Shown: positions 31,709 to 42,573, counted from the stretch's first letter. The stretch is 64,000 nt of DNA from an uncultured cyanobacterium (GCA_963706595.1 OY970166.1:1088001-1152000), one strand, 5' to 3'. Numbers and translations are program-made. Notes: generated from the letters alone by a model not told the origin.

Positions 31709-33262
31709 TCAATCATCATCTAATTGTAGTAATTGTTGGTCAATAATTTTGATGCGATCGCGGGCAATTTCTTCTGAGAGAATACGCTTACGCATAGCTT
31801 CAGTCAGTGCGCCTTTTTCAGCCAGCAGTAAACGGCGACGGATGGCTTCAAGTTTACTGCTGTCGCTTCTTTTCGTGCCAAACTCCTCTGGGCGACGATT
31901 ATGATATTCTCGGAGTGCTTTTTCTGCGCCGGCAATTCGCACCTGATAAGCTGAACGCATCTCTTCATAGATGGCTTTGGGTAATATCCCCGATTTCAAC
32001 AAACTATCTAACTCATCCTGTGCCGCCTTACCAGTAATTAATTGTGCTTGCATTTCTTCCACTCGGTGGCGAGATGCAGAGAAGTGAGACAGATTTAAAC
32101 GTTTAACCAACCACGGTAAACTCACACCCTGTCCCACCAGAGACAGCAACACCGTACCAAATACAATGGCAATTATGGTTTCTCGTCCTACCAGTCCAAT
32201 GGGTAAACTTAACGCCAACACCATCGACAGCGAACCCTTAATATTACCAAGAAACAAAACGTGCTGCCAACGCCACGGTATAGTCCGGTCAAACCAACCC
32301 ACCATTGCTAACAATGGATACACAGAAACCATCCGTCCCGTTTGGTAAGCCAGAATTGCTAACAACACCGCAGGCAAAGTATACCAAAGAGTTGTGAGGT
32401 TAACTTCTAAACCAATTAACAAAAAAATCAAGCTATTAACACCAAAACCCAGAGATTCCCAAAAAGTCAGTAATGTCAAACGAGTCGAAGCCGAGACATT
32501 ACCCCCAATACCTTTTGTACCCACAATTAAGCCAGCCACCACCACTGCGACCACACCGGATACACCCAGCAACTGCCCAGCTTGAAAAGCTCCCAAAGCT
32601 ACCGCCATTGTCAGTAAAATACTACTAAGCGGCTCATCAGACCGCACAAATAAACCCGTACTCAAATAGCCCAGAATCAAGCCCACCAAAGTACCACCCA
32701 CAATCACCACCAAAAATTCTCGGAATCCATCCAGGATTGTGAGTGAACCAGCCGCATTAAATTGTAAAATTAAGCTAAATAAAACCAACGCCACACCATC
32801 GTTAAATAAGCTTTCTCCTTCCACAATGGTAGAAAGACGCGAAGGAACCGGCACTTCTTTGAACACAGCAATCATGGAAACAGTATCAGTGATTGCTAAA
32901 ATCACCCCAGCTAATAGTGCTTGTATCCAATCGATTCCCAGTCCCCACTTTAAAAGTATTGCTGTCACCCCAGAAGAAATCACAACTCCCGGACCCGCTA
33001 ATAAAGCAATGGGTTTAACGGTGCTACGCAGACGACTGATATCAGTATTAATAGCTGCTTCAAACACCAAAATTGGTAAACACAAATTTAAAATGAGAGA
33101 ATCATTTAAACCAATGCGGAGTGGTAGGAATTCAGTAATTGCCAATCCCGCCAGCACTAAACCCGCGACATAAGGAACTTTTAACCGCCGGGATAGCAGC
33201 GCCACAGCTGTAGCAACCAACAGGAGAATAATTGAAACCTTGACTAATTCGGTAACATTCAC
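31709..33262 (-). CDS. CPA1/NhaP-type Na+/H+ antiporter
   Basis: LPILVFEAA, TDTVS, EGESLFNDG, GVSGVVAVV and KGSLS motifs. Confidence 0.93.
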   Translation of the reverse strand: MNVTELVKVSIILLLVATAVALLSRRLKVPYVAGLVLAGLAITEFLPLRIGLNDSLILNLCLPILVFEAAINTDISRLRSTVKPIALLAGPGVVISSGVTAILLKWGLGIDWIQALLAGVILAITDTVSMIAVFKEVPVPSRLSTIVEGESLFNDGVALVLFSLILQFNAAGSLTILDGFREFLVVIVGGTLVGLILGYLSTGLFVRSDEPLSSILLTMAVALGAFQAGQLLGVSGVVAVVVAGLIVGTKGIGGNVSASTRLTLLTFWESLGFGVNSLIFLLIGLEVNLTTLWYTLPAVLLAILAYQTGRMVSVYPLLAMVGWFDRTIPWRWQHVLFLGNIKGSLSMVLALSLPIGLVGRETIIAIVFGTVLLSLVGQGVSLPWLVKRLNLSHFSASRHRVEEMQAQLITGKAAQDELDSLLKSGILPKAIYEEMRSAYQVRIAGAEKALREYHNRRPEEFGTKRSDSSKLEAIRRRLLLAEKGALTEAMRKRILSEEIARDRIKIIDQQLLQLDDD

Positions 33263-33522
33263 GTAAATTTTGACAAGTTATTTGACTGTGCTGATAAATT
33301 CTAATCTGAAGCGTAGGTTCACAAAGGCAGTTTTTTCCATCTGACTGAAGAGGCAGGGGAGCAGGGAGCAGGGAGCAAGGGGGAGTTAGAAATTATTTTA
33401 AACTTCCGGTTACTTAACAACCATTCTTCTTCTCCCCTGCCCCCTGCCCCCTGCCCCCGTTCCTCTTCTCCCCCATTCCCTCTCAAACAAAGTTAAATGC
33501 AAAAATATACCAAGTTTTACTT

Positions 33523-35088
33523 ATGAACATGGAATCAGCCATTGGTGAAGAAATTATCACCACTAATCTCAAGCAGTTTCTGTTGGTACTTTCGGTATCT
33601 TTAGGGGTAGCGACGTTACCGCAGATATTTAGTTGGTTTCGCCACATACCTTATACATTACTCCTGGTGATTGTCGGCTTAGGGCTGGCCTTTGTTGATG
33701 TCCGCCTTGTCACCCTGTCCCCGGAATTAATTTTGTTCATTTTTTTACCGCCGTTGTTGTTTGAAGCTGCCTGGAATTTGCGCTGGGCGGAGTTAAAGCG
33801 CAATTTGGTGACAATTTGTCTGTATGCAGTTTTGGGGGTAGTAATTTCTATTGCAGGCATCGCGATTGGTCTAAATCAACTAGCGGGGATATCTTTAACT
33901 ACAGCTTTGCTGATTGGTGCGAGTTTATCTGCCACTGACCCGGTTTCTGTGACTGCTTTATTCCGCGAATTGGGCGTGGGTAAAAGTCTCACCACCATGA
34001 TGGAAGGCGAAAGCTTGTTTAATGATGGCATGGCGGTGGTGGCTTTTGGTTTTTTGGTGGCGTTGTCTTTGGGAAATGCCGAATTGGGTTTCCAGCCAAT
34101 TTTGTTGCAGCTGGTGATGGTGATTGGTATTGGCGTAGCCGTGGGAGGATTAATTGGCTTTGGCATTTCTTATCTGACCCAACGCTTTGATTTACCAATG
34201 GTGGAACAGTCTTTAACTCTGGTTTCTGCTTACGGTACTTACTTGGTTATTGAAGAGTTGGGTGGTTCGGGTGTAATTGGAGTTGTCACCACAGGGTTGA
34301 TTTTAGGTAACTTTGGTTCTCGCGTCGGTATGAATCCCCGAACTAGGGTGATTGTTTCGGAATTTTGGGAATTTTTAGCTTATTTTGTCAACTCGATTGT
34401 CTTTTTGTTGATTGGTGACCAAATTCGCTTTGCTGTTTTGGGCGAAAACTTGCAAATCATTGGTATCACAGTAGCGGCCATGATTTTGATGCGGGCTGTG
34501 GCTATTTATCTTCTCAGTAAATTGAGTGCTGCGATTACGCAATATCAAATTCCTTTTCCTGAACAAACCGTTTTATGGTGGGGTGGGGTACGCGGTTCTG
34601 TTTCTATCGCCTTAGCTTTAAGTGTACCCATAGGACTACCAGAGCGAGAAACAATCATTGCGACGGTGTTTGGAGTAGTTTTATTTACTCTCCTTGTCCA
34701 AGGATTGACGATTAAACCTTTGTTACAGAAGCTGAATCTTTTGGGTGATGCACCTCTACGTGAGCGATATTCTGAACTGGCTACCCGTCATGTCGCTTTA
34801 GAACGGGTTTTGCAACACCTCCAGTCAGATAACCGTCCAGGTATTGACCCTGAGTTTTACCGTTATCAAGAGACGCTGATTAAAGGGGAGATGGAAAATC
34901 TGCAAACGAAAATTGATAAGTTACAGGTTGAGTATCCTAATCTCCGCACCTTTATAACTGAACAGTTTCGGGAGGAACTTTTGGCTATTGAGGCTGATAC
35001 TTATGCAGAGTTTGTCAAGGCTGGTCGCTTAAATACGGAATTAGCCCCGATGCTTGAAGATGTTTGGGAAAATGGGGATAGTCATTAA
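33523..35088 (+). CDS. CPA1/NhaP-type Na+/H+ antiporter
   Basis: FLPPLLFEAA, SATDPVSV, EGESLFNDG and GVRGSVSIALAL motifs. Confidence 0.95.
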   Translation: MNMESAIGEEIITTNLKQFLLVLSVSLGVATLPQIFSWFRHIPYTLLLVIVGLGLAFVDVRLVTLSPELILFIFLPPLLFEAAWNLRWAELKRNLVTICLYAVLGVVISIAGIAIGLNQLAGISLTTALLIGASLSATDPVSVTALFRELGVGKSLTTMMEGESLFNDGMAVVAFGFLVALSLGNAELGFQPILLQLVMVIGIGVAVGGLIGFGISYLTQRFDLPMVEQSLTLVSAYGTYLVIEELGGSGVIGVVTTGLILGNFGSRVGMNPRTRVIVSEFWEFLAYFVNSIVFLLIGDQIRFAVLGENLQIIGITVAAMILMRAVAIYLLSKLSAAITQYQIPFPEQTVLWWGGVRGSVSIALALSVPIGLPERETIIATVFGVVLFTLLVQGLTIKPLLQKLNLLGDAPLRERYSELATRHVALERVLQHLQSDNRPGIDPEFYRYQETLIKGEMENLQTKIDKLQVEYPNLRTFITEQFREELLAIEADTYAEFVKAGRLNTELAPMLEDVWENGDSH

Positions 35089-35578
35089 TCAGAGGAGTTT
35101 GGCGATCGCATTATCATCTTGACATCCAATATGGACTCCAACTGCAACAAAATTTCTTTTGAGCAAACTCCTAGTAATGTGCTGTTAGTTAAAGTTTGCC
35201 CATTGTTGATCTAGAGTGTGGGTTTTTAGTTGTTTGAGGGTGCGAGTTAGAAAGAATTTGTTTTCACCAAAGTACAAGTATGTTGGCATGGTAGTACGGC
35301 AATTGTATTGTCGTACATGAGCGTTAGCTATTAGACAAAATCTATGGTATTCCTATAATGTTCGCGTAATTCCTTTACATTAGTCTAAATTTGACATTAT
35401 TTTGAATTTCACGTATTATCACTGTAGATTTACTTACAGCTATTTTCAGGTAAATAGACCACGCGGTAGGGGCGCAAGGCCTTGCGCCCCTACTACAGAT
35501 GTGGTTCAAATAGATGAAAACTGCTGTAAATAAAACTTGTTCACCGAAATTTGCATTAGTAAAAATACTGTAGCACGT

Positions 35579-36631
35579 ATGAAATCAAATTTAGTAAAAG
35601 TTTCTGCTTTGATTGCTGGTTTATCAATAGCAACAGCGACAGTTAGCGTAACTAAAGTTGCTGAAGCTGTACCCCAGGATAGCAAGCTACAGTTTGTCCA
35701 AGATACGCAATCTGAGACTCAACCTGAAGTAATAAAAGAACAAATAGGCAAACTGAAGATTGTTAATAATACCCCTTTTATTGCCATAGTGCAACTGTAT
35801 CAGCCTAACGCAGACCAACCTGATAGATATGCTTACATTCCGCCTTGCTACGAAAGAAGTCTTCTCAATACATATAGTAATTTGTGGCAAGTCAGTTTTA
35901 ATAGTCAGGGGAAAAAAGCTATCGGCGATGTTTCGGAGAAGAAAGGAAACACTTTTGTCGTTAGAACATCTAACCTGAATCAGGATACAAATCGGACTTG
36001 CCTATATAAACTCACAGCAGAACCTGTTGTTGAAATACCATGGCAAGAGTTCTTGGCATTAGGGAAGACTGCATTTAAGAATATCGAGAAGTTACCAATT
36101 CCAGATTGGTTAAAGATGGACAATTTAGCAAGAATAAAAGCAAAATTAGACTTGCATTTCTTCAATTCTTTGCCAATAGAAATACAAATTTTAGGACAAC
36201 CTAAAGTTCAGGAAATTCAAGAATTATTATCATCATTATCACCAAATATTAGTGGAGGCAAAAAGACATTTTATAAAAGCAAAAAGGTATTTGATGAATT
36301 GTGGCAAAAGAATGGATTACCTCCTACTACAGATGAAGAGTTCACAAAAATTTCTAATTTTGCCTCTACAATCAATGACCAAAATCAAACAATAATGGCT
36401 ATGTTACCAAAAAATACAGTTTTTAATGGAAACCCTATTCAACAAGCACAAGGTGGTACAGGTGTTACCAACGTGTCTGCTAAGGAAGCATTAAGTTTCG
36501 CGTCAGTTATTTATAAAAACGATTTATTTCGAGTTTCTTCGATAATAGACTTTTCAAAATGGTATGCCTCTTCTGAATCTCAATCAAAACCCGCATCAGG
36601 AGCGTATAATGTAGCGGCATTAAATAATTAA
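35579..36631 (+). CDS. hypothetical secreted protein
   Basis: 350-aa ORF with a signal-peptide-like N-terminus (MKSNLVKVSALIAGLSIATA...AEA); no recognisable domain. Confidence 0.7.
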   Translation: MKSNLVKVSALIAGLSIATATVSVTKVAEAVPQDSKLQFVQDTQSETQPEVIKEQIGKLKIVNNTPFIAIVQLYQPNADQPDRYAYIPPCYERSLLNTYSNLWQVSFNSQGKKAIGDVSEKKGNTFVVRTSNLNQDTNRTCLYKLTAEPVVEIPWQEFLALGKTAFKNIEKLPIPDWLKMDNLARIKAKLDLHFFNSLPIEIQILGQPKVQEIQELLSSLSPNISGGKKTFYKSKKVFDELWQKNGLPPTTDEEFTKISNFASTINDQNQTIMAMLPKNTVFNGNPIQQAQGGTGVTNVSAKEALSFASVIYKNDLFRVSSIIDFSKWYASSESQSKPASGAYNVAALNN

Positions 36632-36765
36632 TCACTTACTTAATTCAATGCAATAGATATCTCCAAAACTTAGAAGGAGTCCTTGTTTTATAGTATTTCA
36701 TCAGCTTTTTTGAAGATATCTATATTTTTAGTTCCAGGAAAAATAATTAAAAAGGATAGCCAAAC

Positions 36766-37128
36766 ATGACGAGTTATATTCAATTTACAACCGAAGATAA
36801 TGAAACTATTTTAGTTGAGATTGATGCAGCAGAAATTTCTTCTAAAAAAGGAACAACAGTAAAAGTTGGACTAAAAGACAACCTTCAAGGTACTGTTGCA
36901 ATGGCTCAAAGCGTATTCTCAACGGCTATTAAAAGTGCAATTAAATACAATGTTCAAGGCTTGATTGAAGCTGTTCATAGCTTACCAAAACCTCCCAGTG
37001 AAGTTGAGATTACGTTTGGGTTAAAAGTAACAGCGGAAGTTGGGAACGTTGCTGTTGGCAAAATAAATGGCGATACAAATTACGCCGTCAAGTTAGTGTG
37101 GAAGGCAGCTTCAAATGAGTCTAAGTAA
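36766..37128 (+). CDS. Trypco1 / CU044_2847-like trypsin co-occurring domain protein
   Basis: ILVE at the N-terminus; PSEVEITFGLKV.AE.G.....K......Y.VKL.W at the C-terminus; overlaps the downstream trypsin gene; AGGA RBS. Confidence 0.8.
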   Translation: MTSYIQFTTEDNETILVEIDAAEISSKKGTTVKVGLKDNLQGTVAMAQSVFSTAIKSAIKYNVQGLIEAVHSLPKPPSEVEITFGLKVTAEVGNVAVGKINGDTNYAVKLVWKAASNESK

Positions 37129-40100
37129 AACACAAAACGAGCTTCAAGCTGGTATTGTTCGCATTTTAGATTCAGATTCAGATTCAGATACTGCTGGCAC
37201 GGGCTTTATTGTCTCTGATAAATTAGTTGTTACCTGCGCCCATGTAATTAGTCAAGAAGAAACACCACCAGAAACTGTAGATTTAGTTTTCCTCGTAGAT
37301 GATCAGAAAATGTTTACAGCGGTGGTAGTGGCAGAGTATTGGCGTGATCAAGAACACGAAGATTTAGCTATCCTGCGGTTACAAGAACCCTTGCCTGCAA
37401 AAGCTATTCCTTTGAAGTTGGGGACTTCGATACAAATTGAAGGTCATCAATTTAAAGCCTACGGCTTTCCCCAGAGTAAACAAAATAATGGAGTGTGGGG
37501 TAAAGGAGAGATTGTTGGTCAAACTAAACATGAAAAAAATAATTGTGATTTAATTCAATTGAATAGCAATGAAATTACAAAGGGTTTCAGTGGCGGGCCA
37601 GTTTTAGATCAAAACACTAATCGCGTTGTAGGCGTAATAGTAGAGCGGACATCGCCAGATAAAGGTTACGAAGAGATAAGCACCAAAACAGAAAAAATAT
37701 CGTTTCCAGTTTTAACAGGACGAGGAATTGATACCGCGTTTGCTATTCCCACTTCTGTTTTATGCGAAGTTTGCCCCGAATTAAAAATCGCAGATATTTG
37801 TCCCTATGTAGGATTATCTGCATTCACCGAGGCAGATAAAGATTATTTTCATGGACGAAACAAATTAATTACAAATTTAGCCAAGAACTTGCGAGATTAT
37901 CCCTACTTTTTGGCTGTTGTTGGATCTTCTGGTAGTGGGAAGTCCTCAGTTGTTCGGGCAGGATTGTTTGCGGAACTAAAACAAAACTCAATTTTGGGTT
38001 TTGAAAATAGTAGAATTATTCAATTTCGTCCTGGGAATGACCCCAAAGAATCACTGGTAAAGGCTTTACAATCCGAAATTGAAACAAATAACTTTTGGGA
38101 AGAATTTGCAAAATATTTGGACTTACCACACTTACAAAATCGCACTATTATTTTTATCGATCAATTTGAAGAATTATTTGCCCTCTGTTCTCCACCTGTT
38201 CAAAAAGATTTTACAGAAGGATTGTTCAATCAGATAAAAAAATCTTCGTTTATTACCCTGATTATCACAATTCGTGCAGATTTCTATGAACCTTTGCAAA
38301 ATTCATGTTTTGGGGATTGGCTCAAAGGTGGTCAAGTAAATGTAAAATCTATGACTGATGAGGAAGTTAAGTCTGCTATCACCAACCCTGCAAGAAAAGT
38401 AGGATTACAAATACAACCTGGATTAGTAGGGATAATTGCTAGAGATATTAAAAATATAAGGCATTTTTTACCATTATTAGAGTTTACATTAACAGAACTA
38501 TGGAAGAAGGAGCATAAAAATAATTGCTTAACTTATGAAGGTTATTCAAGCATAGGAGGAGTAACAGGATCACTTGTCCAAAAAGCAGAAGAAACTTTTC
38601 ATAAATTGAATCAATTAGAGCGACAATTAACTCGTCAGATTTTTACGCGACTGATTAACTATGGTTCAGCAAATATTCCAGATACCCGACTTCCTCCTTT
38701 GTCTATAGAAGAGCTAGAAGTCAAGAGTAAAGAAAATCAAGACATTCGTAACCTAGTTACAAAGTTTGCAGATGCACGTTTATTAGTTACAAGTTTTGAT
38801 GAGGGGAGTCGTAAAGAAACTGTAGAAATTATTCATGAGGCTTTAATTCTTTACTGGAAACGCTTAGACGATTGGGTGAAAGAAGACCGTGAGAACTTGC
38901 TACTGCGTCAGACTATTGATCAACAAGCTTTAGAATGGGACGATAATAACAGAAACAAAGGAGATTTAGCGTTATCAGAGAAACGCTTAAAATCTGCTGA
39001 GGCTTTATTGGAACAGGAAAACTTTTTAAGTGAAGTTCAGGTTGATTATGTAAAAGCTTGTTTGGATAGGCGCAAGAAAGAGGAAGAACGCCAAGCCCGT
39101 GAAAAGTCTCTGACGCAAGAGAATTTAGAAGAAAAGATTTCTAAACTTGCTGAAGCCGCACGGAATGATTCAAAGGATAACAAAAAGCTGGCTGCGCTTA
39201 CCAAACTAATAAAAGCAGGAAACTTACTTCAAGAATCACCCAATCCTGAAATTTGTGCGGACGTAAAATTGCATTTTCTCATAACTTTTGGGCAAATCTT
39301 TGACGAAATTGCAGAAAAGAATAGTTTTGATGGACATATAAGTTGGATAACCGGAGTAGGCTTCAGTCCAGACAGTCAAACAATTGCTTCTTCTAGTAGT
39401 GATAAAACTGTTAAGCTCTGGAGTTTTGATGGGAATTTGTTGCAAACTTTAGAGGGACATGAAGATGAGGTGATGGATGTTAGTTTCAGCCCTGACGGCG
39501 AAATGATCGCCTCTGTAAGTCAGGATAAAACTATTAGACTTTGGAAAAAATCTACAGACACTAAAATTCAGTGGATACTAGATAAGACTCTAGAAGGTCA
39601 TAGTGGTTGGATTGTTGGTGTTAGTTTCAGTCCAGACAGTCAAATAATTGCTTCTGCTAGTGAAGATAAAACCGTCAAGCTTTGGCACAAAAATGGAAAC
39701 CTGTTACATACTTTTAGTGATCATACAGATGGTGTGATCAATGTGGCGTTTAGTCCAGACGGTAAGCTGATTGCTTCTGCTAGTAAAGACCATACTATTA
39801 AACTTTGGGACTTGGAAAAAAAAGAGCTAAAAAGCAGTTCTGAAGAGCATTGGGCGGAAGTTTCAGCAGTAAGTTTTGGACTTGATAGCAAAACTTTTAT
39901 CTCAAGTGGTTGGGATAAACTTGTCATGTTCTGGAAAATCGACGAAAATGTTCCATCAGTCATACGCAGTGAAGGGCATGAAGCAAAAGTTTACTATGTT
40001 ACGTTCAGTCCAGATGGTGAAACAATCGCCGCAGTTAGCCAAGATAGTCTGATTACTCTCTGGAATAAAAATGGTGATTCTAAAAGAACTTTTAAGGGAC

Positions 40101-41149
40101 ATAAAGACAGCGTTACAAAAGTCAGTTTTAGTGCTGATAGCAAAACTCTTGTTTCTGGTAGTCTTGATGGAACTATAAAAATTTGGGATTGCACTAGGAA
40201 GTTTAATGGACATTCTAGTGAAATTTTAAAGATTGATTTCAGCTTGGATGGTGAGACAATTGCTACAGTCAGTGAAGACGGAACTGTCAAAATTTGGCAT
40301 CGTAATGGTGAACTGCTAAGTAGCTTTCAAGGTAATGATGGCGCGGTTTTTGATATTAAATTTAATCCAGACGGAAAAACTATTGCTACTGCTAGTCAAA
40401 ATAAAGTAAAAATTTGGAATTTTAAAGGCAAGAAGAAAGAAAGCTTTTCAGAATATAACAGCTTTGTTAGTAGCATTAACTTTAATCCAGAAGGAACAGA
40501 GATTGCAATAGGCTATGATGATGGAACGGTAATACTTTGGAATATTGATGATGAAGAAAGTAGAATTTTAACAAACGATACTGAAACAAAGCATATTGAG
40601 AAAGTCTATATGCTCACTTTCAGCCCTCAAGGAACAATGATTGCTACAGCTAGTGCTGACAAGACTGTGAAGCTATGGGATCTTAACGGTGAGTTACTTG
40701 CCCATAGAGAGTATGAAAGTTCTGCTTATTATGTCAGTTTTAGTCACGATGGCAGACTAATTGCTACAGCTAGTATGACAGAAAATTATGCTCACCAAAT
40801 TGAACTTTGGCATCCTAATAATAACTATCAACAAATACTTAAAGGAAATTTTAACAGTCTGGTAATGGGACTCGGTTTTATTGCTGAGGGTAAAATTGTT
40901 GCTGCAATTAGCGATGATCAAACTATAACACTCTGGAATACTGCTGATGGAAAATTGCTACAGACTATTGAGGGAAATCATAATTCCTCCATTAGTGCTG
41001 CTTGTATTTTTAGTTCACAGAATGAAAAAAGTGCGATCACTGTAGCTAATTCTGAAAATAGGATTAGTTTGTGGAGCTTAAGCTTAGATGAATTATTAAG
41101 TAATAGCAACAACCAGATTCAAGATTATCTCTCTCGTGTCTCTCATTAA
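37115..41149 (+). CDS. trypsin-like protease - STAND (nSTAND1-type) NTPase - WD40 repeat protein
   Basis: GTGF, TCAH, EDLAIL and GFSGGPV triad motifs; CPYVGL.AF, GSSGSGKSS, IDQFEELF, LPLLEF.L, VEIIHEAL; about 14 WD40 repeats. Confidence 0.93.
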   Translation: MSLSKTQNELQAGIVRILDSDSDSDTAGTGFIVSDKLVVTCAHVISQEETPPETVDLVFLVDDQKMFTAVVVAEYWRDQEHEDLAILRLQEPLPAKAIPLKLGTSIQIEGHQFKAYGFPQSKQNNGVWGKGEIVGQTKHEKNNCDLIQLNSNEITKGFSGGPVLDQNTNRVVGVIVERTSPDKGYEEISTKTEKISFPVLTGRGIDTAFAIPTSVLCEVCPELKIADICPYVGLSAFTEADKDYFHGRNKLITNLAKNLRDYPYFLAVVGSSGSGKSSVVRAGLFAELKQNSILGFENSRIIQFRPGNDPKESLVKALQSEIETNNFWEEFAKYLDLPHLQNRTIIFIDQFEELFALCSPPVQKDFTEGLFNQIKKSSFITLIITIRADFYEPLQNSCFGDWLKGGQVNVKSMTDEEVKSAITNPARKVGLQIQPGLVGIIARDIKNIRHFLPLLEFTLTELWKKEHKNNCLTYEGYSSIGGVTGSLVQKAEETFHKLNQLERQLTRQIFTRLINYGSANIPDTRLPPLSIEELEVKSKENQDIRNLVTKFADARLLVTSFDEGSRKETVEIIHEALILYWKRLDDWVKEDRENLLLRQTIDQQALEWDDNNRNKGDLALSEKRLKSAEALLEQENFLSEVQVDYVKACLDRRKKEEERQAREKSLTQENLEEKISKLAEAARNDSKDNKKLAALTKLIKAGNLLQESPNPEICADVKLHFLITFGQIFDEIAEKNSFDGHISWITGVGFSPDSQTIASSSSDKTVKLWSFDGNLLQTLEGHEDEVMDVSFSPDGEMIASVSQDKTIRLWKKSTDTKIQWILDKTLEGHSGWIVGVSFSPDSQIIASASEDKTVKLWHKNGNLLHTFSDHTDGVINVAFSPDGKLIASASKDHTIKLWDLEKKELKSSSEEHWAEVSAVSFGLDSKTFISSGWDKLVMFWKIDENVPSVIRSEGHEAKVYYVTFSPDGETIAAVSQDSLITLWNKNGDSKRTFKGHKDSVTKVSFSADSKTLVSGSLDGTIKIWDCTRKFNGHSSEILKIDFSLDGETIATVSEDGTVKIWHRNGELLSSFQGNDGAVFDIKFNPDGKTIATASQNKVKIWNFKGKKKESFSEYNSFVSSINFNPEGTEIAIGYDDGTVILWNIDDEESRILTNDTETKHIEKVYMLTFSPQGTMIATASADKTVKLWDLNGELLAHREYESSAYYVSFSHDGRLIATASMTENYAHQIELWHPNNNYQQILKGNFNSLVMGLGFIAEGKIVAAISDDQTITLWNTADGKLLQTIEGNHNSSISAACIFSSQNEKSAITVANSENRISLWSLSLDELLSNSNNQIQDYLSRVSH

Positions 41150-41372
41150 AATCCCCAGTCTTGAAGTACGTGTATCTACCGTATCCGCGTTGCATTTGAT
41201 TGAAGCGTAACAAGTTAATACGTTAATGTTTTACTTACTTATGTTCCGTACACAATCGCTCTCATTATCAGTATAATCCCCCATTCAAAACAGACTCAAC
41301 TGCGCTTTAGCAAGGATTTCCAAATCAATTTTGATAAGCGATCGCCTAAGTGTAAAAATGAATAAAGTCGAG

Positions 41373-42404
41373 CTAAGAAGATGTTTGTTTCCATTTATCT
41401 AAGACATCTTTAAAGACGAGTTCTTCTATCCAAGTTTTCGCAACTACCGCTAAGGGTAGCGCCATGACTAATCCCAAAGCGCCAAAAAAGCTGGCGAAAA
41501 AGAGTTGGGCTGTGAGGGTAAAGGCTGGTAACAGCGATACTTGTTTGGCCATGACTGTGGGTGTTAGCCAGTAGCTTTCTATGTTCTGAATGATTAGGTA
41601 TAGAATTAAGACTGCGATCGCCTTCCAAGGTGCATCCAGAAAGCCGATGGTCATTGGTAAAATGACGCTTAAGGTGGGACCAATGTTGGGAATAAAGTTG
41701 AGTAATCCTGCTAACACAGCATGAGCTAATGCTAAGGGTACTCGTAAAATTAGCAATCCTAACAGACTCAAAAAGCCAATAAATGCCATTGTAATCAAAG
41801 CCCCAACTGTCCAGTGTCCCAAACCCTCGCCGCACAAAGTGAGAATTTCTTCCACCCGATGGCGGTAAAATGATGGAAAACAGCGTACAAAGACTTTACG
41901 GTAGGGTTGGGGATTAACTAACAGCATTAAAGTTAAAACTATTACTAGTAACAATTCTAAGACCGCAGTAAATCCAGTGGAAAAGAAAGCGATCGCTTGT
42001 CTGAAGAGATTTTCAGTTAATGGCTGAACTTGTTGAATTAAATTGTTAATATCTGGTAAATTTGTGACATAAGGTCCGATAATCGTACCTTCTAACCAAG
42101 TGATCATCTGCTGAATTTGAGCTACTCCACTGGGAAACAACTTCACTAATTCCTGAAACTGGGCGATAAAAGGTGGCACGATTAACACGAAACAACCAAC
42201 TAACAGCGAGAGAACAATCACTACACTTAGCCACACAGCCCAAATTCGCTGCATCCCAGATTGTTGAAACCTTCGCACTAGTTGGTTAATTGCTGTTGCT
42301 AGCACGATGGCTGTAAATAAGAGTAACAATAACTGGCGAATTTGCCAGAGTATATACAGTGAAATAACCAGCGCCAAAAATCCCAGCAATTGCCCAATGT
42401 TCAT
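41373..42404 (-). CDS. AI-2E family transporter
   Basis: LNFIPNIGP, IQNIESYWLTP and FG.LGLVMALPL motifs. Confidence 0.92.
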   Translation of the reverse strand: MNIGQLLGFLALVISLYILWQIRQLLLLLFTAIVLATAINQLVRRFQQSGMQRIWAVWLSVVIVLSLLVGCFVLIVPPFIAQFQELVKLFPSGVAQIQQMITWLEGTIIGPYVTNLPDINNLIQQVQPLTENLFRQAIAFFSTGFTAVLELLLVIVLTLMLLVNPQPYRKVFVRCFPSFYRHRVEEILTLCGEGLGHWTVGALITMAFIGFLSLLGLLILRVPLALAHAVLAGLLNFIPNIGPTLSVILPMTIGFLDAPWKAIAVLILYLIIQNIESYWLTPTVMAKQVSLLPAFTLTAQLFFASFFGALGLVMALPLAVVAKTWIEELVFKDVLDKWKQTSS

Positions 42405-42421
42405 ATTTGAATTTCCTCTGA

Positions 42422-42573
42422 TATAGGACTCATATTTGATTTATGAAACACACGTAGGGTGTGTTATCCAGGAGATTACGGCACCAAGACCCAGAAGACG
42501 GTGCGTTAGGCTAAAGCCATAACACACCCTACATATACTTAGATTTTTTCAATAATCAAATCGGATTCCTATA
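42422..42573. mobile_element. MITE-like element (TATAGGA.TC..ATTTGATT ends) enclosing a REP-like GTAG doublet
   Basis: Imperfect ~25-bp terminal inverted repeats; internal GTAGGGTGTGTTAT...ATAACACACCCTAC. Confidence 0.65.

Noticed and set aside
35110..35260. possible gene remnant at the left edge of the island
   Set aside because: Only a ~40-codon open stretch with no start and no recognisable motif.
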